From Pseudomonadales bacterium (GTDB lineage: Bacteria > Pseudomonadota > Gammaproteobacteria > Pseudomonadales > Azotimanducaceae): a stretch of 64,000 nt of DNA. Below the pieces are notes generated by a model. That model did not search any database. It was given only the letters and a program-made list of their open reading frames with translations, and had not been told where the DNA came from. The stretch's first letter is position 1, and each line of letters starts with the position of its first letter. This document shows, one piece after another, positions 55,453 to 64,000 of this stretch. Location: assembly GCA_016779585.1 (NCBI GenBank), contig JADHNI010000002.1, positions 24,441-88,440 of the forward strand, written 5' to 3'. The position numbers and the translations under genes were made by a program.

Positions 55453-55929
55453 TCAGTCGTCCATCCTTGCGGAGGCTTTGCCCTTAATCACTTCCACACC
55501 TTCTTCATCGGTGGTGGAAACCTCAAGGTCAGCGATCTTTACGCCGTCTTCTTCCCGGATGTCCGTGATAGTGGCCCTGGCGGTCAGGGTGGCTCCAGGG
55601 AACACCTGGGACGTAAATCGCACGCCGTAGTAGGTCAGGCGCCCGTCACCCACATAGTTAGTGAGCATTCGGCCTGTCATGCCCATGGATAACATGCCGT
55701 GGGCAAAAACGGACGGATATCCAGCCTCCTGGGTGGTGAAAATCTCGTCTGAATGCAGGGGGTTATAGTCCCCTGAGGTGCCCGCATACATGACGATCTG
55801 GGTCCTGGAGAGGTTTTCACAGACCTGCTCTTCGTAGCTGTCGCCGACCTTAACTTCGCTTGCTTTCAGTGTCATATCTCTCTCCTTAACTGTCGCCTGA
55901 AGTGGCCGGACGCTCGGTTCGAACGCCAA
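55453..55929 (-). CDS. MaoC-family (R)-hydratase/dehydratase, hot-dog fold
   Basis: 158 aa with YAGTSGDYNPLHSDE..., the MaoC dehydratase motif. Confidence 0.85.
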   Translation of the reverse strand: MAFEPSVRPLQATVKERDMTLKASEVKVGDSYEEQVCENLSRTQIVMYAGTSGDYNPLHSDEIFTTQEAGYPSVFAHGMLSMGMTGRMLTNYVGDGRLTYYGVRFTSQVFPGATLTARATITDIREEDGVKIADLEVSTTDEEGVEVIKGKASARMDD

Positions 55930-56389
55930 CGCCGGTTGCGGTCACGACGAGCTCACCGTTCTGGTCACGGTACTCGGTCACGGTTTCAGTGAACATCAGT
56001 TTGCCGCCTCGACGACCTTCTTTTTCCCATGACTTGCCGGGTTTAACTTCAGCGGTCAGCACATCTCCAACCTTGGGCGTGCGGTGATAAACATAGTGTT
56101 GCTCAGCATGCAGGCCGCCGCCGCCACCTCCGCCACCACCTTCTTTTTTCTTGGTGATACCGGTTGGACCTTTCGCAGATCCAAACCACTCTTCACCAAT
56201 CTTTGGCCTCAGGAAATAATCAGGATCAAACTGTGCGCTTGCCTGAACAAAGGTTGGTGGCGCAATGATGGCACCCGGCTCAGTTCCTTTAGCGTATTCT
56301 TCGTCGTAGTAAATTTCATTTGCGTCACCGATTGATCTCGCGAACATCATCACGTGTGATGCTTCAATCGGAAATTTTTCAACTGCCAT
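55886..56389 (-). CDS. MaoC-like N-terminal (FAS1-like) dehydratase subunit carrying a Gly9 tract
   Basis: 167 aa, hot-dog partner subunit overlapping the downstream MaoC gene. The KKKEGGGGGGGGGLHAEQ insertion is encoded at 56114-56140. Confidence 0.75.
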   Translation of the reverse strand: MAVEKFPIEASHVMMFARSIGDANEIYYDEEYAKGTEPGAIIAPPTFVQASAQFDPDYFLRPKIGEEWFGSAKGPTGITKKKEGGGGGGGGGLHAEQHYVYHRTPKVGDVLTAEVKPGKSWEKEGRRGGKLMFTETVTEYRDQNGELVVTATGVGVRTERPATSGDS

Positions 56390-56662
56390 GTGCAGCCCCT
56401 CCGTTCAAGTTTTGTTGGTTTTTTGTTTGCGACTTTTGGAACTTACTCATGGTTGTGTGTCAAGGTCAACCCGTCTTTTACAGCGAAAAAACCAAAAATG
56501 GCTTGTTAGTGCAAACACTCGGTTGTAAGATTTTTAGCCCGTTTTGGTAGAGCCTGTTCATCAGTTCTATCTTTAAACGAGAAACCAAAACCAATAAAAA
56601 AATCTACGAATACACATTCGACAACGATCACGTTTAACAACCGAGGCTTCCAGACGCAGTTT

Positions 56663-57505
56663 ATGTCCAGACCTGTACGAATTGAGTTCCCCGGCGCTGT
56701 GTACCACGTTACCAGCAAGGGAAGAGACGAACAGGTAGTCTTCAAGGACAAGGAAGATCGGGGCGTTTTTCTCAACGTTGTTGAAAACGTCGTCGACCGA
56801 TTCGGCTGGCTCATCCACAGTTATGTACTGATGGATTCCCATTACCACATGGTTGTTGAATGCCCGGAGGCAAACCTGTCAAAAGGTATGCGTCAATTAA
56901 ACGGTGTCTACACCCAACACGTGAATCGTCGTCACGATCAGGAAGGTCCGATCTTCCAGGGACGTTTCAAGAGTGTCCTGCTGGAAAAGAAAAACTACCT
57001 TTTGCCAGTTTGTCGCCACGTGGTGATTAACCCGCAGCGCACTGACGACCCGACCAGCTACAAGGACTACAAGTGGAGCAGTTATCGGGCAACGGCCGGG
57101 CAGGTGAAGCCGCCTGGTTTCCTGCACAGTGAAACTATCCTGTCGCACTTCGGCAAACGGGAAAAAGAAGCCCAGCGCAAGTACCGTGATTACGTGAAAC
57201 AGGGTCTCGGAGAAGAATCGCCGCTGGAATCCAGGAAAAACCAGGTATTACTGGGTAGTACCCGGTTCCTGAATGAAATGCAGCCCATCTTGCAAGGCGA
57301 GCGCCTGTCGAAGCGCGGCCCAAAGTCCGCCCAGCGCAGACGCAGCCTGAATGCGCTTTTCAAGAGGGTAGACGACAAGACCCGTATGGAGCGCAATGAG
57401 CTGATCAGGCGCGCCCACTTGGATTATGGCTACACCCTCATGGAAATCGGTGAACACCTGGGTCTGCACTACACGACTGTCTCCAAGGTCATCAACGCCG
57501 CCTGA
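56663..57505 (+). CDS. Y1/HUH transposase-like (IS200/RayT, COG1943-type) domain fused to a C-terminal DnaA-C-like HTH
   Basis: GAVYHVTSKGRDEQVVF...YVLMDSHYHMVVE (HUH = HYH)...GRFKSVLL...HVVINP. The C-terminus RAHLDYGYTLMEIGEHLGLHYTTVSKVI resembles the DnaA domain IV / Bac_DnaA_C HTH. Confidence 0.75.
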   Translation: MSRPVRIEFPGAVYHVTSKGRDEQVVFKDKEDRGVFLNVVENVVDRFGWLIHSYVLMDSHYHMVVECPEANLSKGMRQLNGVYTQHVNRRHDQEGPIFQGRFKSVLLEKKNYLLPVCRHVVINPQRTDDPTSYKDYKWSSYRATAGQVKPPGFLHSETILSHFGKREKEAQRKYRDYVKQGLGEESPLESRKNQVLLGSTRFLNEMQPILQGERLSKRGPKSAQRRRSLNALFKRVDDKTRMERNELIRRAHLDYGYTLMEIGEHLGLHYTTVSKVINAA

Positions 57506-57583
57506 GGGTTGGTGGACGCCCGAAGAAAGTCCTAGTATGCTCCCGCGTTACACGTTTATCGCGACTAATTTCGGAGTTACACC

Positions 57584-57985
57584 GTGCGTAGAGTACTTGG
57601 CCAACAACAAGAAGAAGAAAGCGAAATTGATCTGACCCCCATGCTGGACGTTGTGTTCATCATGCTGATCTTTTTCATCGTAACCGCTACTTTCGTCAAG
57701 GAAATTGGCCTCGACGTCAACAGCCCGGACAAGAACCAGAACGTCAAGGACGCTGACAAGCAGAGCATCGTCGTTATGATCACAAGCCGTGATCGCATCC
57801 AGATTCGTGGTCGTGATGTCGACGTGCGCGCTGTACGTGCCAACATCGAGCGACTGCACGCTGAAAACCCTGAAGCACCTGTCGTGGTTCAGCCGCATCC
57901 GGAAAGCTCCACCGACACCATGATTCAAGTGATGGACTCCGCGCGCCAGGCCGGGGTGTATAACGTCTCCATCGCAGCCACCTGA
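57584..57985 (+). CDS. ExbD/TolR-family biopolymer transport protein (orphan)
   Basis: IDLTPMLDVVFIMLIFFIVTATF plus a periplasmic domain (VVVQPHPESSTDTMIQVMDSARQAG). GTG start. No ExbB, TolQ or TonB gene is adjacent. Confidence 0.8.
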   Translation: MRRVLGQQQEEESEIDLTPMLDVVFIMLIFFIVTATFVKEIGLDVNSPDKNQNVKDADKQSIVVMITSRDRIQIRGRDVDVRAVRANIERLHAENPEAPVVVQPHPESSTDTMIQVMDSARQAGVYNVSIAAT

Positions 57986-57998
57986 TACACCTGATGCC

Positions 57999-58802
57999 GT
58001 GAATATTGGCATCAACATCCGGGTCATGGGTCCGCAGTCGTCCCGTGACACCATTTCCTCATTACTGACCCAGGCAGAATCGATAGGCATCGAATCTGCC
58101 TGGATCGTTGACCATATTGCGATTCCTCCTGACGATGCAGAAGGCTCCGGTGGCAGGTACCTTGACCCCATCACCACGCTTGCGTGGATGGCGGCCCAGA
58201 CCAGCACGATCAAAATTGGTACCAGCGTCCTGATCCTGCCCTATCGGCCAAAGCTGCCGACCGCCAAATCCATCGCCACCATTCAGGAACTGTCGGGTAA
58301 CCGTCTCCTGCTTGGGGTTGGCATTGGCTGGATGGACCCGGAGTTCAAGGCGCTCGGTGTGGATCGACACCAGCGTGGCAGGATTTCTGACGAGACACTT
58401 CAATTCTTCCATGACTGCTTCAGCAAAGATGTCGTGGAGTTAAATGGCCAGCCTTTCCTCTTTAAACCACAACCACCCCGGCCGCCTATATACATAGGTG
58501 GTGGACCGCCGCATGCGCTTGATCGAGCCCTGAAATACGGCGATGGCTGGTTACCCATGGGTTCCCTCGACAAGATCAGGGACGATATCCGAGAGTACCG
58601 GGAAAGATCAGAAGCGGTGCACGGCAAGCCGGGAGAGGTGGTCACCTTCAGCAGCATTGAAGGACTGGGCGTTGCCGAGGCCGAAGATAGATTAAAAGCC
58701 TACGAGGAGGCGGGTGTCACCCGCGTTGTTCTTGGGCAGAAATACGAGACCACAGACGACTGGCAACCAGCGTTTGAGGTTCTAGAGAAAATGCAGAAGT
58801 AA
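57999..58802 (+). CDS. LLM-class flavin/F420-dependent oxidoreductase
   Basis: 267 aa with ESAWIVDHI, IGTSVLILPYR and LGVGIGW, typical LLM motifs. GTG start. Confidence 0.8.
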   Translation: MNIGINIRVMGPQSSRDTISSLLTQAESIGIESAWIVDHIAIPPDDAEGSGGRYLDPITTLAWMAAQTSTIKIGTSVLILPYRPKLPTAKSIATIQELSGNRLLLGVGIGWMDPEFKALGVDRHQRGRISDETLQFFHDCFSKDVVELNGQPFLFKPQPPRPPIYIGGGPPHALDRALKYGDGWLPMGSLDKIRDDIREYRERSEAVHGKPGEVVTFSSIEGLGVAEAEDRLKAYEEAGVTRVVLGQKYETTDDWQPAFEVLEKMQK

Positions 58803-58815
58803 CGGAGAAGTCACC

Positions 58816-59418
58816 ATGGAACTGATTCTGATTCGCCACGGCCTGCCTGAGCGCGTTGAAACTGAAGACGGCACACCGGCAGACCCACCCCTGTCAGAAG
58901 TGGGCCACGAGCAGGCGCGTCGCGTGGCTGCCTGGCTGGAAGATACACAGATTGATCATCTCTACAGCAGCCCGATGCAGCGCGCCTACCAGACGGCGGA
59001 ACCGCTTTCCGCGCTCAAGGGGCTCGACATAGAAACCAGGGAAGGGGTTGCCGAGTATGATCGCCACGCGGATCACTACATCCCAGTGGAGGAGCTCAAG
59101 AAGTTCGATTACGACCGCTGGCTTCGCCTGATGCGCGGTGAAATCGAAGATATCAATTTCCCGCAGTTCTGTGATGCGGTAATCAGTACGCTGAACGACA
59201 TCATTTCTGCCAACAAGGGCAAGACGGTGGCAGTGACCTGCCATGGTGGTGTGGTGAACATCTGGACGGCGCATGTGCTCGGTATGGAGCTGCGCATGTT
59301 CTTTAACCCGAACTACACCAGCATTTCCCGTTACCGTGCAGCCAGCAGTGGCGAGCGCTCAATCATTACCCTGAATGAGCACACGCACCTGAAAGGCCTG
59401 GGATCTAACCTGGGTTAA
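58816..59418 (+). CDS. Histidine phosphatase (phosphoglycerate mutase-like) family protein
   Basis: The N-terminal RHG motif (LILIRHGLPE) and a second His (VTCHGGV). Confidence 0.85.
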   Translation: MELILIRHGLPERVETEDGTPADPPLSEVGHEQARRVAAWLEDTQIDHLYSSPMQRAYQTAEPLSALKGLDIETREGVAEYDRHADHYIPVEELKKFDYDRWLRLMRGEIEDINFPQFCDAVISTLNDIISANKGKTVAVTCHGGVVNIWTAHVLGMELRMFFNPNYTSISRYRAASSGERSIITLNEHTHLKGLGSNLG

Positions 59419-59426
59419 CCCTGAGT

Positions 59427-60215
59427 CTAGCTTTGCTGGTCCCGCCCGCGGGCCTGAACATTCAGACGGTTTTCTTCCAGGGTCTCGGCAGCGAGCCCCT
59501 GGTTTTCTGCGCGACTGGCACGTCGCTCCTCGGCAATACCTTCGCCCAGTGTATGTTCCCAGCCAAAGTCGATCAGGCGATGCACCTCACGCAACGTATC
59601 CTGGTTGACCGAGGTGATATCGGTCGCCAGCTTTCGGCAGTAGGGCAGCAGTTCATCGGGTGGTAACACCACGTTAACGAGACCCCACCTTTCGGCAGTT
59701 TCAGCATCCAGGTAGTTCCCGGTGAAGCTGAGTTGCTTGGCGCGGCTCACGCCGATCAGTTGCGAGAGGCGCTGGGACAATCCCCAGCCCGGCACAACGC
59801 CCATGCGAACATGCGTGTCTGCGAACTTCGCTTCTGTTGACGCAATCAGGATGTCGCAGGCGAGCGCCAGCTCAAAGCCGCCGGTTATGGCGAAGCCGTT
59901 GATAGCACCAATCACCGGTTTTCCGACCTCCCTGATTGCAGCCTGCAGATCCGGATTGCTCTCTGCGGTCGCGGGTTCGGACGAGGTATTCATGCCTTTT
60001 TCGCCGAGCTCCTTCAGGTCGAGCCCCGCGGTAAACGCGCGGCCATTTCCGGTCAGGATAATCACCTGGGTGCTGTCATCGGACTTAAGGCCGATAAACA
60101 CCTCCGCGAGCCTTCGGCGCAGCGCGGTCGAAAGTGCATTTAAGGCATCAGGCCGGTTCAGGGTGACCGTGGTGATGCCATTTTCTGTTTCTGTCAGTAC
60201 GATGTCTTCACTCAT
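59427..60215 (-). CDS. Enoyl-CoA hydratase/isomerase family protein
   Basis: 262 aa with VTLNRPDALNAL, LTGNGRAFTAGLDL and AINGFAITGGFELA. Confidence 0.88.
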   Translation of the reverse strand: MSEDIVLTETENGITTVTLNRPDALNALSTALRRRLAEVFIGLKSDDSTQVIILTGNGRAFTAGLDLKELGEKGMNTSSEPATAESNPDLQAAIREVGKPVIGAINGFAITGGFELALACDILIASTEAKFADTHVRMGVVPGWGLSQRLSQLIGVSRAKQLSFTGNYLDAETAERWGLVNVVLPPDELLPYCRKLATDITSVNQDTLREVHRLIDFGWEHTLGEGIAEERRASRAENQGLAAETLEENRLNVQARGRDQQS

Positions 60216-60271
60216 GCCTGTCTACAATACATCTCGTTCAAGACTGCATTGTTTCACGTATACTCAAAGCG

Positions 60272-61039
60272 ATGAAGGGGTTCCTGATATTTGTTGGCAT
60301 CCTGGTCGGCATCGGCCTTTTGCTCGGCTACATGCGCAAGCGTGAGCAGGAAAAGTTTATGGATGCCGATATGGTCGACTTCCATCATTTCCGCGAGAAA
60401 CAAAAGAATGAAGAGGAGCCCGACCCCCTGATGGCGCGGGCTGAGGCCTATGCTGCCCTCAATCCCGATGTAGTGCAACTGAAGCGGCCCGAGACTCCGG
60501 AGCCAGATGCCCTGGTATTCACCGACGCGCCGGACCCGACGCTGTTCGAACTGAAACCGCATGCGTTCGATGAGGTAACCCGCAACATGCTGACGTTGTT
60601 CCATCGTGTGCTGCCACATGGTGTGACCGTTCTTCTGGATGTGCCGCTCAGTGAGTTCGTCAGGAACGACGGCTCCACACAGACCAATCTTAATACGACG
60701 AAAGTGGCGTACCTGCTGGTTGAAACAGCTGATCTCACCATCCTTTGCGGCGCGCAGCATCGAGATGCAGGCGCAACCGGCAGGCAGTCCATCGACACCG
60801 TGAAACAGGTGTTTGGCGACCTGAACCTGCCACTGCTTGAGTTTCCGGTCAGTAATGACATCTCTGAACATGAGGTGCACGACAAGCTGGATCCGGTTCT
60901 CATCGGCAAGAGCAGCCAGTCGTGCCCGGTTTGTGGTGAAGCCATGTCGATCAGGAAAGCGGTCAAGGGTAAAAATGCAGGCAACATTTTCTGGGTGTGT
61001 TCGGATTTTCCTGGATGCAAAGGTGTGGTGAGGGCGTGA
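60272..61039 (+). CDS. Membrane-anchored DUF2726-like protein with C-terminal topoisomerase-type C4 zinc finger
   Basis: N-terminal TM helix (FLIFVGILVGIGLLLGY). The C-terminus CPVCGEAMSIRKAVKGKNAGNIFWVCSDFPGCKG matches the zf-C4_Topoisom pattern. The DUF2726 assignment of the middle region is tentative. Confidence 0.6.
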   Translation: MKGFLIFVGILVGIGLLLGYMRKREQEKFMDADMVDFHHFREKQKNEEEPDPLMARAEAYAALNPDVVQLKRPETPEPDALVFTDAPDPTLFELKPHAFDEVTRNMLTLFHRVLPHGVTVLLDVPLSEFVRNDGSTQTNLNTTKVAYLLVETADLTILCGAQHRDAGATGRQSIDTVKQVFGDLNLPLLEFPVSNDISEHEVHDKLDPVLIGKSSQSCPVCGEAMSIRKAVKGKNAGNIFWVCSDFPGCKGVVRA

Positions 61040-61467
61040 TGATCCGCGGATTCGATCATGTCGCGCTGCCGATGCAGAACGTGGAAGACATGATCGCCTT
61101 CTATAAAACCATTGGTGCTGAAGTCATCGAAGAAGTGCCGGGTTTCCTGCACGCGGCTTATCTCGGTAACAACAAGATCAATCTGCACATGCCGGCAGCC
61201 TGGCAATCGCCGAAGTTCGAGCTTCGCGGGCCAGCTGCGCAGCCTGGTTGCGGGGATCTTTGCTTTGCCTGGGAGGGTTCGATGGATGACCTGCAGAATC
61301 TACTGGCAATAGCCGGTGCTGAGATCATTGAAGGGCCCTGCGAGCGCAGGGGCGGGTTGAATGAAATGGGCACCAGTGTTTACGAGCGTGACCCCGACAA
61401 CAATCTTCTTGAGTTCATCACATACGAAAATGTTCAAAGAGATAAGCTTGCGCGCAAAGGTTCCTAG
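61039..61467 (+). CDS. VOC (glyoxalase) family protein
   Basis: MIRGFDHVALPMQNVEDMIAFY...DPDNNLLEF. Its ATG overlaps the upstream TGA (TGATG). Confidence 0.85.
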   Translation: MIRGFDHVALPMQNVEDMIAFYKTIGAEVIEEVPGFLHAAYLGNNKINLHMPAAWQSPKFELRGPAAQPGCGDLCFAWEGSMDDLQNLLAIAGAEIIEGPCERRGGLNEMGTSVYERDPDNNLLEFITYENVQRDKLARKGS

Positions 61468-62216
61468 GCGGTTTCCGGCTCTACTATAACGCGCTCTTCA
61501 ATCAGCCCATGCACGCGGTCAGCTAGCGCTCGTGCTTCCTCGTCCCCGAATGTCTCTGCGGGGATCGGTTCAAGGATCGTGACCTCAACATGGGTCTCAC
61601 CATGAAAATTGAAACTGCCCTTGGGCACTGCCGTTCGGGACCCGTTGATCACGATGGGGAGAATAGGGCGGTTCAATCGCTTCGCCAGCACAAAAGCGCC
61701 TTCCTTAAACGGGCGCATGTGACCGGATTCTGAGCGGGTACCTTCAGGGAAGAGATAGACCGAACTGCCCTGGTTCAGGTGCTTTTCACAGGCGGTATAC
61801 ATCTGCTTGATGCTGGTTGAGTTACCACGCCGGAGTTTGATGTAGCGGTTCAGCGACATGTTCCAGCCTATGAGTGGAATGCTGAACAGCTCAGCCTTGG
61901 ATACCCACTTGAAATGGGTAAAGAGCGTGAACGCGACCAGGATGTCGACCAGAGACTGGTGGTTGGAGACGATGACATAGGTTTCATCCGTGTCGATGTT
62001 CTCCTTGCCGTGGATGCTGACCGACCAGGGTGGCATGACCCAGATGTAGAGACTCGCCCAGAAACATGTAAACCGGTGCAGAGCTCTGAGGCGTTGATCA
62101 AAAGGTGCCGTCACCACAAAAATCCCAAGCGCGATAATGAAAAAGAAAAAAGACGTCAGGAAGATAAATGCAATGTAGGTAACCGCAATCAGGCGGTAAA
62201 TCAGACTCTGCAGCAT
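61464..62216 (-). CDS. plsC: 1-Acyl-sn-glycerol-3-phosphate acyltransferase
   Basis: The NHQSLVDI (HX4D) and FPEGTRS motifs, with an N-terminal TM anchor. Confidence 0.88.
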   Translation of the reverse strand: MLQSLIYRLIAVTYIAFIFLTSFFFFIIALGIFVVTAPFDQRLRALHRFTCFWASLYIWVMPPWSVSIHGKENIDTDETYVIVSNHQSLVDILVAFTLFTHFKWVSKAELFSIPLIGWNMSLNRYIKLRRGNSTSIKQMYTACEKHLNQGSSVYLFPEGTRSESGHMRPFKEGAFVLAKRLNRPILPIVINGSRTAVPKGSFNFHGETHVEVTILEPIPAETFGDEEARALADRVHGLIEERVIVEPETA

Positions 62217-62300
62217 TAGCTTGGGAAGTCGCTGTGTAACTCAGTGTGCGAAGTGGTAAATTGTAGCACTTGAGAGTTTGAGGACCAGCCGGAGTCACGC

Positions 62301-62960
62301 ATGCCATTTCAGGTTCCCGAGGTACAGGGGAATGTTATCTTTGAATCTTTTCCCGTGGGACCATTGCAGTGTAACTGCGCCATCGTGGGTGATCCGGTCA
62401 GCAAGACCTGCCTGATCATTGATCCGGGGGGTGATCCGGACAGGATCATGGCGATCGTGGAAGAAAACGATCTCACCGTGAAGGGTATCATCCACACCCA
62501 CGCGCACCTCGACCATATCCTGGCCTCGGCGGTCATCAAGGAACGGACTGGTGCGCCACTGCTCCTGCACCAGGGTGACAAGTTCCTGTGGGATGCACTG
62601 GAAGACCAGTGTGCGAAGTTTGGCCTGGATTACACACCCACCCCGGAACCTGATGCATGGCTGAAAGACGACCATGATCTTGGTTGCTGCGGCGGGGTCG
62701 CCATACACACACCGGGCCATACGCCCGGTTCCATCAGCTTCTGGTTTGAGGAGCATGAACTTCTCGTGGCCGGCGATACACTATTCCAGTTAGGTATCGG
62801 TCGAACCGATCTGCCGGGAGGCAGTTTTGAGCAGATTGAGAACTCAATCACGGACCGGCTCTTCCGTTTGGCGGAAGATGCACTGGTCGTCACCGGGCAC
62901 GGCCCGCAAACCTCACTCGCATTTGAGCGACAGGCGAATCCCTTCTTTGGTGGACAATAG
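62301..62960 (+). CDS. MBL-fold metallo-hydrolase (glyoxalase II-like)
   Basis: HTHAHLDH metal motif plus TPGHTPGS, 219 aa. Confidence 0.88.
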   Translation: MPFQVPEVQGNVIFESFPVGPLQCNCAIVGDPVSKTCLIIDPGGDPDRIMAIVEENDLTVKGIIHTHAHLDHILASAVIKERTGAPLLLHQGDKFLWDALEDQCAKFGLDYTPTPEPDAWLKDDHDLGCCGGVAIHTPGHTPGSISFWFEEHELLVAGDTLFQLGIGRTDLPGGSFEQIENSITDRLFRLAEDALVVTGHGPQTSLAFERQANPFFGGQ

Positions 62961-62966
62961 CTTCTG

Positions 62967-63812
62967 ATGGTCAACATTCGAATTCTTTTCCTTGCCAGCC
63001 TGCTGGCACTGGGCGGCTGTTCCAGCCTGGTGTCCGGCATCACGTCGCAGATGGCAGACGATCTCGCAGGTTCCATCCTGAACAGTGAAGACATTGATAC
63101 CGTGCGCGAGGGTGTGCCGGCCTATCTGCTTCTGATTGACAGCTTCCTGCGGAGCAGTCCTGATTCCGAAGACCTGCTGTTGGCGGCTTCCACATTGAAT
63201 GGTTCTTTCGCGGTACTGGTGGATGACCCCGCTCGGGTGAAACTGCTCAGCGACAAAGCCATGCGATATGCGGAACATGCGGCGTGTGTCTCGGGTTCAC
63301 CATTGTGTGATGCACGGCAACTCGACTTCGATGAATTTTCCGGCATCGTGGATTCGCTGGAAGCCGACGACGTGCCCATGACCTATGCCCTGGGGGTGGC
63401 GTGGGTAGGCCGGCTGCAGGCAAACAGTGATGACTGGGCGGTGATTGCCGAACTCAGCCGTGCCAAGTTGTTGATGGACAAGGTCCTGAGCCTTGATGAA
63501 ACTTTTGAGAATGGCGGCCCACACCTTTACATGGGAGGTATTGAAACCCTGCTGCCGGCATCCCTGGGTGGCAAACCGGAGAAAGGCAAAACCCATTTCG
63601 AGAAAGCCATTGCCATCAACGATGCGTATTTAATGACGAAAGTGATTTATGCCGAACAATATGCGCGCCTGGTGTTTGACCATGAGTTGCATGACAGACT
63701 GCTTAACGACGTGCTCGAAGCTGACCCGGTGGTTGACGGCATGACACTCACCAATCGTATTGCACAGGAGCGGGCGGCAGACCTGCTCAATTCCTCTACC
63801 GACTATTTCTAG
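62967..63812 (+). CDS. TRAP-transporter TatT-component-family lipoprotein
   Basis: Lipobox LALGGCSS in a helical TPR-like protein. Located immediately upstream of a DctP-type binding protein gene. Confidence 0.7.
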   Translation: MVNIRILFLASLLALGGCSSLVSGITSQMADDLAGSILNSEDIDTVREGVPAYLLLIDSFLRSSPDSEDLLLAASTLNGSFAVLVDDPARVKLLSDKAMRYAEHAACVSGSPLCDARQLDFDEFSGIVDSLEADDVPMTYALGVAWVGRLQANSDDWAVIAELSRAKLLMDKVLSLDETFENGGPHLYMGGIETLLPASLGGKPEKGKTHFEKAIAINDAYLMTKVIYAEQYARLVFDHELHDRLLNDVLEADPVVDGMTLTNRIAQERAADLLNSSTDYF

Positions 63813-63820
63813 GAATCAAC

Positions 63821-64000
63821 ATGTTTCAAAGACTGACCACCCTGGTGTTAGGCGTACTGCTGGTACTGCCCGTCACTACCCAGGCGGCCACCTACAAAAT
63901 TGCGACTATCTCTCCGGATGGTCTTTCATGGATGCAGAAGCTGCGCGCTGGCGTAAAAGAAATCTCAACGGCCACCGATGATCGCGTCAACTTCAAGATT
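63821..64000 (+). CDS. TRAP transporter substrate-binding protein (DctP family), N-terminal fragment running off the window
   Basis: Absent from the ORF track because no stop lies in the window. Translation from ATG 63821 gives MFQRLTTLVLGVLLVLPVTTQAATYKIATISPDGLSWMQKLRAGVKEISTATDDRVNFKI, a signal peptide followed by a DctP-like start. Confidence 0.7.
   Translation, partial: MFQRLTTLVLGVLLVLPVTTQAATYKIATISPDGLSWMQKLRAGVKEISTATDDRVNFKI

Noticed and set aside
55916-55924. GGTTCGAAC, a T-loop-like motif that could signal a tRNA.
   Set aside because: It lies inside the MaoC coding overlap region. No acceptor or anticodon stems can be drawn around it.

Overview
The window reads as a compact, moderately GC-rich chromosomal segment from a heterotrophic, probably marine, gammaproteobacterium. 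That taxonomic guess rests only on the look of the proteins. About 68 protein-coding genes fill almost all of the sequence, many with 1-4 nt overlaps. By eye I found no rRNA, tRNA, CRISPR array, prophage or intact IS element. The content is mostly housekeeping or accessory metabolism:
- Lipid and acyl-CoA metabolism: four crotonases, several acyl-CoA dehydrogenases, a MaoC dehydratase pair, a carboxyltransferase and PlsC.
- The PntAA/PntAB/PntB transhydrogenase, AceK and MetX.
- A GntR-adaptor-RND efflux operon, MATE and MFS transporters, and the start of a TRAP transporter.
- TetR, LysR, AraC and Arc regulators, an FHA-GGDEF cyclase and a large hybrid histidine kinase.

No canonical defence or mobile system is recognisable. 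The items most worth a second look are:
1. A translationally coupled alpha/beta-hydrolase, crotonase, CbbQ/NorQ AAA+ and 988-aa CbbO/NorD-like VWA operon with no known client gene nearby.
2. A 352-bp convergent gap filled by an intricate 41-nt inverted/direct repeat architecture, either a MITE-like element or a structured RNA.
3. An acyl-CoA dehydrogenase interrupted by a single in-frame TAG that also carries a 9-bp x4 in-frame tandem repeat.
4. A divergent pair of unknown genes, one encoding an 809-aa zinc-ribbon, coiled-coil, TM and TPR-like protein.
5. An AT-rich gap followed by a Y1/HUH (IS200/RayT-like) protein fused to a DnaA-C-like HTH, then an orphan ExbD.

All functional calls come from motif recognition in the supplied translations. 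No database search was run.
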